Of a stretch of DNA of 64,000 nucleotides, positions 1-12,699 are shown piece after piece. The number at the start of each line of letters is the position of its first letter. Position 1 is the stretch's first letter. The notes below the pieces were generated by a model. That model had not been told where the DNA came from. It saw only the letters and a list, made by a program, of their open reading frames with translations, and did not search any database. The stretch comes from Lama glama (Eukaryota): contig CM052817.1 of assembly GCA_028534125.1 (NCBI GenBank), forward strand, positions 45,448,001 through 45,512,000. Reading direction: 5' to 3'. A program made the translations under genes and the position numbers.

Positions 1-27
1 ACAGTTCCCCAGTCTTCTCCAGTGCAG

Positions 28-460
28 TGTATAATGGTGGTGCTCTGCTCAGATCCCCTTGGATTCCATTTTACTATTTTTGTGCACCACCTGGTTTTTC
101 TGTGCTTTCCAAACACTGTATTTATAGCCTTTCTCTGGATTCTCTAACTCCCAGAGCCTGGTTTTCCTAAAAGGCAGAAAGCTGAAAGTACATGGGAATT
201 ATGTCCCCTGGGGTGGCCTTTAACTAGTGACAGATGGGAGCAGGCAACTCTGTAGTGTAACTTATATTCTGAGTTCCTCCGTGGGAATAGGCTGACGCCA
301 CCCTCTGCAGGACTGCACTTGGAATGACGTTTGCTACTCGGCTTTCTCCCTTTTCCCGCCCCACCCCTGCTTCCTTCCTGGTTTCCCTTGGGAGCACTTC
401 TTTAATAAATCACACAAATCCTCATCTCAGGGTCTGCATCTGGGGAACCTGACTGAAACA
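28..460 (+). mobile_element. ERVL solo LTR, LTR16-like
   Basis: Starts TGTA...CAGATCCCC and ends AATAAATCAC...CTCATCTCAGGGTCTGCATCTGGGGAACCTGACTGAAACA, the typical LTR16-family 3' end. Confidence 0.7.
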
Positions 461-1272
461 TCCGTCAAAGAAGTTCCAGGGTGAATACTAGTCTATGTGT
501 AGCATGAGAGTGTGTAGCATAGTTACTGTGGTCACTGCCGAGGAGGAATAGGGAGGAATCATGGCCAAGTTGCCTTCATCTTGTCGTTATGGAGACAGAC
601 GTGCTGGGCTTTATCACAAGGCTGCTTTCCTCCAGGTATGACGTTGCTGTGGAAACACAGCACCCAAAGCCTCAAAGAACACTCTGTTCTAATCCCAGCT
701 GCTTTATCCATCTGCTTTGTGTCTCATTAGCAGAAGGAGCCTAGCAAGACAGGAGGCGTTGACCACATCTCTGTTCAACCCAGTAATCTAGAGAAGGGCC
801 CCAACCCTGGACTTTTTCCTGGGTGAGTGAGAATCTTGGGGTATTTTTAGGTAATATTTGCTAAATTAGATGGAAACAAAATCATCCTGTGCTGCATGGG
901 TTTTGAAATGACTGCTGGCAACTGCATTTACTGCCTATTTATTTCAATCTGAGTTCAAGTGGGTCCCTCTTAGACTCAGCCTTATTTTGAGCCTGTGGAT
1001 TCTTTCAGCATTAGCCTCCCTGTTTCCAGAAATGGGAATAACTATGCTCACTCATGGTTAATCTTTTCTATGTTCAAGAAAGCAAGAATTTAAACAGAAT
1101 AGTTATAAAATGTGTTATCTCTTCATGGGGATAACACTGATGATGGATTCTGAGCACAGGTATCAGTGTGGCCCAAGGCTATCTCCCCAGTAGGTGATGG
1201 TGTTTCTCAATTACAGTGCAATGCAGTAGATACAACCTCATGGTTAAAAGCATGGGCTTTTTTGTTAGATGA

Positions 1273-1647
1273 TGTCTTAGTGCGAGCAGCTATAACGAAG
1301 TCACATAGCGTGGATGGCTTACGTTGAAAACATTTATTTCTCATAGTCTGGAGGCTGGGAAATTCAAGATCAAGGTGATGGCAGATTTAGTGTTTGGTAA
1401 GAGACCTCTTCTTGGTTTGTAGATGGCTGGCTTCTTGCTGTGTCCTCACACTGGGGAGAGAGAGGACTCTGGTCTCTTCCTCTTCTCATAAGGGCACTAA
1501 TCCCACCGTGAGGACTCTACCCACCATGACCTCATCTAAACTTAATTACCCCCTAAAGGCCCCAACTCCAAATACCATCATATTGGGGATTAGGGCTTCA
1601 ATATTTGAATTTGGGAGGGAGGGTATACAAACATTCAGTCTGTAGCA
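1273..1647 (-). mobile_element. MaLR solo LTR, MLT1A-like
   Basis: TGTCTTAG...CATTTATTTCTCATAGTCTGGAGGCTGGGAAATTCAAGATCAAGG...AACATTCAGTCTGTAGCA matches the reverse of MLT1A; TG..CA termini. Confidence 0.85.
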
Positions 1648-1905
1648 GATTGTTTTAGACTGACTTTTGAGTTAAGGAGAGAGTCATGAAAAAGAGGTCT
1701 CTTTTATTGTAAAAAGTGATTTACTTTGCCATTTAGAAATGCTAATGGCTACAGTTTTTCACTGTTGTTGTTACTATTGTTGGAATTAAACTTTATCAAT
1801 GAATTAGAATTTCTAAAGTTAATTCCTGGCATTTTATTGCCTGTATTTCTCAAAGATATCAGATAGATTTGAGAGTCAAGACTAATTTTCAGAGAAAAAC
1901 AGTAA

Positions 1906-2415
1906 TATCAGTTAGGATTCAGGCAGGAAAACAAATTATTCTAGGTGTTTCAAACAGAACAGTATTTAATATGGGGAATAATCTGTCTACCAAAATCATT
2001 AAGAGGAATGAAGAAGCCAAAGTCAAGAGGACAACCATAGCTATGGTCCACTGGAGAACCCAGAGAGATTCTGATGCCTCCCAGAGGCTAGGGACTGACA
2101 GGAAATCACTGCTGACCTCATAGCCTCTCTGCAGCCCTTAAAGGGGGTGAATTTCAAGGGCGCATGGAACCTATTTTTAAAACCTTCGTTTGTGAAGCCC
2201 ACGTGTCTGCTAAAGCTAGCAGAGGAGGAAGAGTAATTCCCTCCCTTTTCTGCCTTCTAAGTCTTGCATGAGTGTAACTCCTTGTTGTAGACTGAACCAT
2301 ACCCAGTACCCAGCTGGCAACTGAATATGTGGCATTTAGTTCCCAGGCTTTCCGCCCCTGGGAGATAATAAGGGATAACAGAGAAGGGGACAGAAGAGCG
2401 TGCAGGGCCAGTAGA
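1906..2415 (-). mobile_element. Ancient LTR fragment (LTR67/LTR78-like)
   Basis: TATCAGTTAGGATTCAGGCAGGAAAACA...CTAGGTGTTTCAAACAG...TTTAATATGGGGAAT resembles an old LTR terminus; boundaries approximate. Confidence 0.4.
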
Positions 2416-2744
2416 CAATTTATGGTTATTGCTCATTTTATATGCTTAGTCCCCAGCATCCTAATTTTATTTCTCAGCGCTTGTAACTGTGAATCGTGAT
2501 GTTTGTGAGCTGGATGTTTCTAACTAATCAGCTGTAATTAGGCTTTTGCCTTTGAGTGGCTCTGTATATCAAATAGAGAAAATTCATGATCATATGCACA
2601 ATGGATTGTTTGATTTTACGTCGACTAAAAGTCAGCATGTATTTAGTTAAAGCTGGGGACCTGAGACTCAGTGATGACAATGCCATTAACTATCTGGGAT
2701 GGTAGAATAACAACGGCAGCAGTGATCATGATGACGATAATGAC

Positions 2745-2866
2745 CGTCCCTCACCACAGTCATAGGTAGTGCTTTTCCTGTTTTACAGATGAAGGCACTG
2801 AAATACCAAGTGGTTAAATACATTTCCCATTTCAAACAGCAGAACCGGGATTTGAATCTCAGACTA
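2745..2866 (-). mobile_element. MIR SINE fragment
   Basis: MIR core TTTTACAGATGAAGGCACTGA...GGGATTTGAATCTCAG. Confidence 0.7.
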
Positions 2867-4849
2867 CTCTTAAACACTACAAAACACACAAAAATTCTAA
2901 CAGTTATACAGGATTTTTATTCATTTGTCAGTTTATTCTAAATTATTTTATTGGGTTCCATTAAAGTACGAGTTTTCTCTGACCCTCCTTTCTGTTTACC
3001 TTTGTATTTTGTGATAAAATTAGTGGCTAGAATTTATTGAGCACTTTCTATATGCCAGACAACATGCTATAGGATTTGCAGGTAATACATCATTTAATAC
3101 TAGCAACTCAACTTTTCTCTCTGCTTTGTTGTCTTCTTTCTATGTTGACCTGCTTATTCTGCCTCCCAGCTCATGGTGAAAAAACCCTTGATTGAGCGGA
3201 GTTGCTGGGTCTCCATTCAAAATTTGCTGAAGGAGGACCTGACTGGCTGGGCTTTGCTTAACTATTCTCCCTTAGTCCAACTAATGAGTCAAAAGAAGCA
3301 ATTTAAATAATATGACTGAAATAGAAGTAACTTCCTTTGTATTTTTTACCTGCTCTTCTATCATATGTGGTAACTTCCTCAACTCTTCTGCCTCTCAAAA
3401 TAATTTTAAAAATGCTTTTACTGCTCCATAATCATGTTACAGCTCTTAACCTGGTAAAGCAATAAAGTTAACTACTTTGTTTAAGGATGTTCCCAATCCG
3501 GATGTCCTGAGAAGTCCTCTTGGGTTTGGCCAGTGTAAGTACCTTTTATTGTTCCTGTCTTTTACATATAAAACTCAATTAGACTCAGAGGCTTTGTTCT
3601 ATTTTCCCAGTACTCTTGCATTCTGTTCACATACAATTTTTTAATGATACTTTATTAGTTTGTCTTTAGATAGAGTGAACTATATGGTTCTAGAAGGCCA
3701 GGGCTATGTTTTACTTGTCTTTACTGTTTTAATGCTGGTGCATAATACACTGCCCATAAACATGTGTTGAATGAAAGAATGAATGGCACTACATTTTCTT
3801 TCCAAAAAAAGATAGGTTTTATATTTTTATAGTCCTTTGTCTCTATCACCTGTTCTGTGATCCTTTTCTAACCTACCAGTACTGTTTTTTAAATAATTTG
3901 GGCTTTGGACTGTCTTTCTTAGGTGGAAAAATATTCACTTAAGATAATTTTTAAATACTCAAAATTCATTCATGTAAGTGATGAGACTTGGCTGTAGAAT
4001 TGCGCATTCCCTCTGGAAGGACTTCTCAGCAGGGATCACCCCATAGAAATGCTCTACAGTTGGTTCCTCTGAAGGGAGCCTGTAAACTAGAGAACACTGA
4101 TTCAATCCCCTGTTGATCTCTGTCTTGTCAAGGGTTTCTAAACTAAATTATGCAACCATCTCTTACTGTCTGGTCTGGCTACTCTAAGCTTTCCTCTCAG
4201 CTGTGTTCCTGCGCATGATTATGCCTAGAAAAAATTCAGGATGGAGTGGCCAATTCAAAGTCTGCTGCCATAAGTTTAGCTACAGAAGTGGATGTTTTGG
4301 CCTATTTCCCTGACTGCAGGATCAGATTCACTAAACAGTAGTCAAATCTCTGCTCCACATTATGCTATGACACTAAAACTCAGGAGTAAAATAACATTCC
4401 TGACAATTTTGGAGTTTTGAAACCTCGACAGCAAAGATTGAAAACTAATAGTCCAAATTCTTCTGCAGTTTAATGCCGTAAAAATTAAGCTGAACTTTCA
4501 ACTAAGGGATTCTAATATAATCTCTTGTGCTAGCTTTGTTGTTAAGGAATGAGTTTAACTGATTCATATATTATATGTAAATCGACCAGGTTGGGATTGC
4601 TGTATTAGTACTATGAAGAAATTGACTTATTTCATCCTCAAAGTAAGGAAATTTCCATCTAGACCAGTAAATTAAATTATTTTCCTGGTTTATATCAAAC
4701 ATATGATATTAATTGTCAGTGATCATTTTATGTTGAAAGACATGGCTCTATTGTTTTTTTAATTAATTAATTAATTTTTCCTTCTTATATGTAAAACAAA
4801 TTCTGATTATATTGTACTCAATTGTACTTCAAATGGATTGTGATGAGCT

Positions 4850-5936
4850 CTTTTTTTTTAGGATTAGTTTTTTTTAAATCATTTTTCAGTTTTATTAGGT
4901 ACAATTTGACTGCACATATGCAATATATTGTATGTAAATACATATATACAATATACTGCACATATTTAAAAAATTTACATATATGTACTGTTCATTGTTT
5001 CTAAGAACTATTTAGAGCTTTAGGTTTTTAAAATTACATAGTTATCAGAAGAATAAAGCCAATCACAAGATAAGAATCAACAGAATACAGTAGTCCAATC
5101 ATAAAGGACAGTCAAATGTGCTTACACATATTTAAGAAATCAATCATCTAAGTTATAAATAATAAGTAGTTTATTTGTGTCCCTTTTTTTAGATTCCGTG
5201 TATAAGCAATATCATATGGCATTTTTCTTTCTCTTTCTGGCTTACTTCAGTTAGAATGATGATCTCCAGTTCTATCCATGTTGCTGCAAATGGCATTATT
5301 TTATTATTTTTTATGGCTGCGTAGATACATACCACATCTTTATCTAGTCATTTGTTGATTCACCTTTGGGTTGTTTACATGTCTTAGCTATTGTAAGTAG
5401 CACTGCTGTGAACATTGGGGTGCATGTGTCTATTTGACTTATATTTTACTTCAGGTATATGCCCAGGAGTGAGATTGCTGGATCATATGGTAAATCTGTT
5501 TTTAGTTTTTTAAGGAACCTCCAGACTGTCCTCCATAGTGGTTGTACCAGTTTACATTCCCACCAACAGTTTAGGAGGGTCCCTTTTTCTCCACACCCTC
5601 TCTAGCATTTTTCGCTTGTAGACTTTTTAATGATGGCCATTCTGGCTGGCGTGAAGTGACATCTCATTGTAGTTTTGATTTGTATTTCTCTAACAATTAG
5701 TAATTGTGAGCATTTTTTTATGTGCTTCTGGCCATCTGTCTGTCTGCTTTGGAGAGATGTCTATTTAGATCTTCTGCCCATTTTTTGATTGGGTTGCTTT
5801 TTTTTTCATATTAAGCTGTATGTGCTGTTTGTATATTTTGGAAATAGTTCCTTGTCAGTTGCATCATTTGCAAATATTTTCTCCCATTCTGTAGGTTGTC
5901 TTTTTGTTTTGTTGATGGTATCCTTAGCTGTGCAAA
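4850..5936 (-). mobile_element. 5'-truncated LINE-1 (ORF2 C-terminus and 3'UTR) with a non-canonical ~290-nt 3' end
   Basis: 5170-5936 is L1 antisense (GATTCC..TAAG..ATATCATATGG; ATTGCTGGATCATATGGT; GTAGTTTTGATTTG). 4882-5170 is homologous to 50843-51140 but not to the other L1 3' ends in the window; T-rich tail at 4850-4875. Confidence 0.9.
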
Positions 5937-5974
5937 ATGGCTCCACTGTTCAAATAGTGAAAAAAATTAATAAT

Positions 5975-6160
5975 ACAGGTAACATGTATTGAATGCTTTC
6001 TGTGAACTTTACATACTTTATGCTGTTTGATATCCCAACAACTCACAATAAAATTTTCCCCGTTTTACAGATGAAGAAACTATCTGCTCAAGGCTAATAG
6101 TAAGCAGCATAGCTACTGTCTGAACCCTCATCTGCGTGGTTTTAAAGCCTTTGCTCTTTC
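5975..6160 (-). mobile_element. MIR SINE fragment
   Basis: AACATGTATTGAATGCTT...CCCGTTTTACAGATGAAGAAACT MIR core. Confidence 0.65.
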
Positions 6161-7020
6161 TAATCTCCTAGTGACTTCCTTTGCCAGTTTTTCTCCTCCC
6201 TTTTCCCCCTTTATGTTCCTTAAAAATTAAAATATAGAGATTGAATATGTATATAATGAAGTCTAGGGGTAATTTTTTGGATATGATGAAGATAATGATA
6301 TATTTACAAAACATAATTCAAAGTACAGTTATAGGAGCCTCCACTGGGGTTACAGCCAAAGTCATAGTGTTTCCAAACTAGTTATGTGCGTCCTGGGGCT
6401 GCCTTGTGTGTCCGCAGGAACTGAGAAAAGCCCGTGGGCCCTTCCGCGTCCCCCTCCTTCCGTGTCTCCACACTATCTCTTCTATGTCTAAAGGCCCCTC
6501 TCCCTTCACATCTGGGCCCTGACTTTGTCATAGGAGACCTGATGAGGCTGTTTGTTCAGTTTTCTTTGCAGCTCTTCTGCCCTTACAGTTAAATCTTATC
6601 CCTGAACTCCCGCACAGACTGCAGGATTTAAGGGTCTCTAAACTCTACAAGGGAGATTTTATGAGTTTTACAATGCGCTTTGAATTGCTAGTTAGCTAAC
6701 CAAAGCCCGTCAGTTTCTTTTGTCAAGGTTTCTAAATCTATTAAATCAAACCAGACAGCTTCACAATCATGATAATTATTCTGAGCCCCATACTTTTAAG
6801 TGTCACCGCTGGTGCCTACTCCAATGCTCCACTTCCTTTTGCTCCTTTCCTCAGTACCTCCTCCGGCCCCGCACCTCAACCCCAGGTGGTTGCGATGCTA
6901 CTGCATGCCATGGTCACTCAGCAACAGCTATATGGTCCTTCTCTCTATCTGACCACAAGAGATTCCAATCCAGAGTCCCATCTCGAGGGTCTGCGTTGTA
7001 GGGTCACTTTTGGTAACTGC

Positions 7021-7495
7021 TAGCTTGGTCTAGGTTCTTCTTGAAAGCAGTGCCAGAGACCAGGTCTTGCATTCAGGGAAAGAGCCAATCCAAGGGTGCA
7101 TTGTGGCCTCCAGTATGGGACCCCAGGACTTGATCCTTTCTGGGAGCTTTGAGGAGCTGTGTGAAATGTACCCCAGGATTATCTTCTTAAGGGACAGATG
7201 AGAGGAGAATTTATTTACTGCGTCTCATCCCCAGTTGGCAAAGGGCTGCTCTCTGGTGTTAACTCCCTCCCATTTCCACACATCTGTGAGATCAGAGGGG
7301 CTGGTTTGCAGCATCTTACATGGCTTGACAGTGTCAGAGAGAAGCCTGGGGGCAGAAAGTGGGCAGCATATTTGGGATAGCTGACTTAATATGTGGTCAG
7401 TTTACACCTGAGCATGGTTGATTGTGTCCGTAATGACTGGAGTGAAAAGGTGGGCTGAGAGCATGTGACATGGGGCACAAGAGGTGTCAGATACA
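7021..7495 (-). mobile_element. ERVL solo LTR, LTR33/LTR16-like
   Basis: Degenerate similarity to the copies at 9735 and 18021; ends GGGGCACAAGAGGTGTCAGATACA. Confidence 0.55.
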
Positions 7496-8967
7496 GATAT
7501 GATCTTGTTCTATGGCCCCAGCACATCATTATACAATAGCCAGACAACAGGACATTTCCTAAAGTCTAGATTAGTTGGTATCAAACCAGACCACGTACAG
7601 GCATTCATGACGCCGTCTTGTTGGGGTGCTTTAGTTCCTCCTCAGTTCCTCCCTTCAAGCATTCACAAACGTTGTGGTACAGGCTCAAACACAGATGTCC
7701 GGTGCTTTATCTAAACCAAGGCTTATTCACATTCCTGTGGCTAGTGTCACACACATGGATATGTCTTTGGCATGATAGTCACGTGGTTGCTGATGTTTTC
7801 TAAGGACTGTGTTGGTATAAAATGTGCTCCTCTCTGGGCCGGAGAAGACAAAAATAGACTTAATTGAACTCCAAGTTGTGAGAGAGCCCAGAACAAAGAT
7901 GCGTGGCTCCAACGATGGGAGTGAATTCAGTGAGATCCACTTGGGAAGCTTTTTGTACAATTTCGTGCTCTTGGCAGGGGGAAATCAGGCGAGAGCAAAG
8001 AGGGAGAGTATGTGTTGCTTGAAGTCACTCCACAGGTGATTCTGCAACACTCCACCTATTTTCTGTGGAGAACACTGAAGTGAGTCAATTTGCCCAGTGG
8101 CTAGCTGGTGTTTCGCAGGATGGTTGGCATCCTCATTATGCTCCATCAGATTACTGCAGCAATATCCAAGGCCAGGAGAGGCCGTGCGGAATGAGGGCAG
8201 CTGTAGACAAAGCTTCTGAAACAAAGAATTGATGTGATCTGATTAGGAAGCCGGCAGAACACTTGCACAGACTTATGCATTAGTCAGCTTTTGAAAACCC
8301 TCAAGTGCCTACTTGGCCTCTTGGCCACACGCACTAAAGGTCTCCTCAGTCTTCACCACGAATGGACCTGGATCTGATGCTTTCCTAACCCTGACATTGA
8401 GGCTGGCAGCGGGCCGTTTCTGTACCGCAGACCATCTGCGTACTCTGGGAGTCCTGCCTGCCACCTACCCAGCCTGGGTGGCCTCCCGGGATGCTGCCTT
8501 TGGCAGACATGTCTTCCAGCTGGGCCAATTATTAGTGAGTTTCTGAATTATTTATGTCAATGCTCCCTTTCATTAGTGTGAGCTGTCATGAATTGGTGGT
8601 AATCAGAATGATTTAGATTGGAGGAACAAAAGTGTGAAGTGCATCCTTTGTTTAACGATATGACTTGATATGACTTGTTGGGCTTTGTCATTGCTCTGAA
8701 AGCTCCTACCCACATTGTTAGGAGAAGCCATTTGGAAGGGACCCTGGACTTGGAGTCTGGAGACCCTGGTTCCTGGACCTGCTCTCCTGCCCTGGACTCA
8801 GATTTACAGTACCTTGGTGATCACCTGTATAGTGTCCTGATACTGCAGTTGAGCAAACAGAGGCCCAGGGAGCTTAGTGGTACAACCAGAATGAGAAGCC
8901 AGGTGGCAGAATTCCCCCTTTGCTCTGATCCTCATGATCTCATGGACTGGTTGGGCATTTATTTAAC

Positions 8968-9688
8968 GTGTCAGGACATAAGCTAGAAGGCAGCTGTCTG
9001 CAAACTGGAAGAGAGTCCTCACCAGAAACTGACCGTGCTGGCACCTTAATCTCGGACTTCCAGCCTCTAAAACTGGGAGAAAATGAATTTCTGGTGTTTA
9101 AGCCACTCAGTCTATGGTATTATTGCTAGAGAATAGTTCCTTGTCTCCCTCAGGAAATAACTCAAAAGCAAGGCATAGTAAAGTGAAAGTAAATTTATTC
9201 GGGAAATACATACTCCACAGACAGAATGTGGGCCATCTCAGAAGGCAAGAGAGACGTCCCTAAGAGATACACAATCCATAGACAGGATGCAGTCCACCTC
9301 ACTCGGAAGGGAGAGTGGCCACGAGGTGTGGGGGTGGTTAGTTTTTATGGGCTGTGTAATTTCATACGCTAACAAGTGGGAGGATGATTCCAGCCATGCT
9401 CGGGAAGGGGCGAGGGTTTCCAGGAATTGGGCCCCACCCACTTTGTGACCCTTTGCAATTAGCCTGGGAACTGTCATGGCCCTGGTGAGCATGTCATTTA
9501 GCATGCTAATGTATTACAGAGAGTGTATAATGAGGTCGAAGGTCTACTGGAAGTCGAATCTTCCACTGGCTTGATTCTAGCCAGTTTGTCCTAACCTCAA
9601 CTGCTGTGTCGTTCCTTCAATGGTTGTGCTCTGCCCCCTTCCTTCCTGTCTCAGTATTCTGTTATGGCAGCCCCAACAGACTAACATA
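8968..9688 (+). mobile_element. MLT1A-like LTR 3' half, split by an ERV1 LTR
   Basis: TGCTGGCACCTTAATCTCGGACTTCCAGCCTC...AAGCCACTCAGTCTATGGTAT (to 9120) resumes as GTATTCTGTTATGGCAGCCCCAACAGACTAACA at 9654. Confidence 0.85.
9121..9653 (-). mobile_element. ERV1-type solo LTR (533 bp) with 4-bp TSD GTAT
   Basis: GTAT at 9117-9120 and 9654-9657. Minus strand starts TGAGACAGG and has AATAAA near its 3' end (TTTATT at ~9194). A 4-bp TSD is typical of ERV1. Confidence 0.85.
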
Positions 9689-9734
9689 AGGGGTCAGGCT
9701 AGAGAGCATAGACTATCAGAAGTGGAAGACAACT

Positions 9735-10173
9735 TGTCTTTGTTTGAGTCCTTCCAAAAGCAGATCCTGAGATAAGGATTAGAGTGAAAGCAGTTTGTTG
9801 GGGAGGAGAGTCCAGGAAGCAATGCTGAGGGTGTGAGGAAGTGAGACCTAATCAATATGGCTCATCACCGTGGGCAACTGGAGTCTAGTATGCCTGGAGA
9901 ACCTCTGAAAAACAATGTGGAATGTGCCTCAGAATTTCCCTATTTAAGGCCAGGAAAGCTGTCCTGCTTGTACACCAACCACTCGCTATCTCTGTGAAGG
10001 CAATAAGTTCCCAGCACTTCTGGCCTGCCTGGCACCTCCCAGCCTAGCAGCAGGTTTCCTGGGTCAGAGAGAGCCATCAGGGAGATGTGCAGCAAGACAA
10101 GCATGGGAACTGTCTCAGGTCACCTCCAGGGTGGACCGAAGGGACAAGAACACAGCGCAGATGACATCTATTG
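9735..10173 (-). mobile_element. ERVL solo LTR, LTR33-like
   Basis: TGTCTTTGTTTGAGTCCTTCCAAAAGCAGATCCTGAGATAAGGATT...CCAGGAAGC...GTGGGCAACTGGAG. Confidence 0.75.
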
Positions 10174-10174
10174 C

Positions 10175-10337
10175 GGTGGAACTCCCACACTTTAAGGTGA
10201 ATGCTGAACATCTGGGGGTTTTGTGAAAATACAGATTCTGATTTGGTAGGTCTGGATGAGGCCTGAGATTCTGCATTTCTAATCAGCTCCTCGTGATGCC
10301 GGTTTGCCAGTCCGTGAATCAGACTCTGAACAGAAAG
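10175..10337. mobile_element. hAT-Charlie MITE, MER5-like
   Basis: AAAATACAGATTCTGATTTGGTAGGTCTGGATGAGGCCTGAGATTCTGCATTTCTAATCAGCTCC is the MER5 core. Confidence 0.8.
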
Positions 10338-10633
10338 AGTTGCATGCTCTTTCATGAATGAACATGTATTTACCGAACACCTGAAGAGCTGGACCCTCGG
10401 GCCATCTTGTGCTTGCTGTAGGGACTAGTGAGACCAGAACAGGGAGCAGGTGCTGCATCTGTTTTACAGATGATCTAAGGGTCAGTCCTGCTTCCGTTGT
10501 CCAGGGTTGGAAGCGCTCCCTACATAGTTGTTGTAAGAAATGGAGGAAGTGGGATTCCTGAACTGTTTCTGTCTCTTGGACAGAATTTTAGCCTATAAAA
10601 ATGGCAAAACCATTAGCACAGATTTACCTCTAG

Positions 10634-10682
10634 CAATGTCTTAGTAGCAGCCTTAGTAGCAGCCAATGTCTTAGTAGCAGCC
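10634..10682. repeat. Short compound tandem duplication (TTAGTAGCAGCC x3)
   Basis: CAATGTC-TTAGTAGCAGCC-TTAGTAGCAGCC-AATGTC-TTAGTAGCAGCC read directly. Confidence 0.9.
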
Positions 10683-11518
10683 TCTCTGGAACCATGGGAA
10701 GGTTTTCATAAAGCCTTTGCTCATGTTAATATTTTAAAATAAAAAAAGCTAGAATTGTAATAAAAGTAGCAACATTTTTGCAGTACTTCACAGCTTACAA
10801 AGTGTTTTCCACCACATTATCTCACTATGTCCTTAGCAGACTTGAGAGAAATCATCTATAAATGGCTTTTAAAAATAAGCGTGTTGCACATTAGGGCAGG
10901 TACATTACACAGCTGGGTACATGATATTCCAGATTCAAGATAATGAAAAATACACTGCATCCCAGGGCACTCAGGTAAACTCTGCATTAGCTGAAAAGCA
11001 GTTCAGACTCATTGTTGTTGGTTTCTCACTTTTAAACTTTCCACAAGGGTCTTATGAACACTTTTGCTCTTTGTGCAGATCTTCTAGTTTGACTGCTTGG
11101 CTTTTCGTCCTGTTGAGATGCTTTGGACCATCTGTATGCCCACTCTCAATTCAAGCACCAAAAGTGTGGCTCGTACACATGGACACCTGGCTGTCAACCT
11201 CCTTAATTGGATAGCCAATGGGTTCAGACAGCCAGATAAGAAAATGAAAATGAAGTGGTGAAGACTTTCTTTAGGCATTATAAAATGACCTGGTGTGAGG
11301 ACCTTTGTAAAGATTAAGCTTCATACACCCATGAACTCTAATTATATCTACCAGATGTTATTGATAGAGATTATGAATTATATCTAATTTATAATTACAC
11401 CTAAGTAAAAGTGAAGATTCTATTTATAATAATATTCAATGATTTCATTTATAATAACTTCAATAACCTTGGCATATTGAGTAAAAGGGAAGTAAATGGA
11501 TATCATTCATGAATATTT

Positions 11519-12166
11519 TATCAGGTAGGATGCTTTTTGCTATACTAAATGGAATATTTAATCAAACCTAAAAATAAGAGTTCATGGTTTACACAGCCCA
11601 AGTCAGGAAATGACAGTTCCGAGGTTTGTTAATCCAGTAGCACAGCTCATGTGCGGGCTCTGGGATAGCTTCTCTTTTCTGTGATTCTTTTGATTTCATT
11701 TTATGGTCACAGAATGGCTGCCACAGCTCTAAGCATCATGTCCTCACACAACTGAATTCAAACAGGAAGGAGAATGCTTTCTTTATGCTTTTTTAATTTT
11801 TTTAAATCATGGAAAAAAATCATTCTGAGAAGTCCTCAATAAGTTCCCCTCAGGTCCTTTTGACCAGAAGTGGGTCATATGTCCACTTGCACAACAATTG
11901 CTGATAAAGGAAATGGGATTAGCGTGACTTAATTATGTTTAATCTCCTAGGGCTGAGGTGGGGTCCAAACTTCTTAAGAACATTGCTCCCTCAAATCTGA
12001 ACAAAATAAGTATTATTAGTAAGGAAAAATGGGAAATGATGAGGGGGAAGGTATAGCTCAGTGGTAGAGTGCATGCTTAGTGTGCACAATGTCCTAGGTT
12101 CAATCCTCAGTATTTCCATTAAAAAAAGGGAAATGGCTTTTGGGGAGGAAAGCCACATTGTCTGAT
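11519..12166 (-). mobile_element. Old MaLR LTR (MLT1J/K-like), interrupted by a SINE
   Basis: AATGGCTGCCACAGCTCTAAGCATCATGTCCTCACAC...GACCAGAAGTGGGTCATATG...TTAGTAAGGAAAAATGGG. Confidence 0.65.
12043..12127 (+). mobile_element. tRNA-Ala-derived SINE (camelid Vic-1-like), short form
   Basis: GGGGGAAGGTATAGCTCAGTGGTAGAGTGCATGCTTAG...GGTTCAATCC (A and B boxes), A tail, flanking direct repeat AAAA-GGGAAATG. Confidence 0.9.
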
Positions 12167-12699
12167 GCTCATATTTTCGATTATTTCTTTGGAGGTTCTT
12201 TGGTTTCCTATTAATTGAAATGGAGACACATTCAGGGGTTAGAATCAAAGTCTAAGATTGAAAACATTACCTTTTACTCTGTTCTACAGAAGTATAAAAA
12301 TATTTTGTGGGACAAGTTGTGTTACTTGCTAGTTTGGGTTCCTTGTTAAATGGAAAACTTCCTGTCCAGACCTCAGCCCCCATATGTGTCCCCATCATAC
12401 TGCTACATGCCTGGGGTCTTCATCAGGGTAGAAGGAGAAATGGAATGGCATGAGGGCTAAAGTTACTGGAGAAGCTCTTAGGAGGGAATTTTTAGGGGTA
12501 TTTGGAGATCGAGGGAGAGCAGAGCTGTAGGGAGGGAAGCAGACATGAGGGGAAAGAGGATTTGAACGTGTGTTACTATGAGCAGGTATTCACTCCCTTT
12601 ATTATTCAAAAACACAGCTAAGAATGTGGGCTAATCGAGCACTGATGCCTGGTAGCCTGTGTCTCTTTTCAACATTGCTCTGAGGGTTGTGGCTTCAGG

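Noticed and set aside
4850..5936. Segmental duplication with 50843-51987
   Set aside because: Similarity is confined to the element; flanks and truncation points differ.
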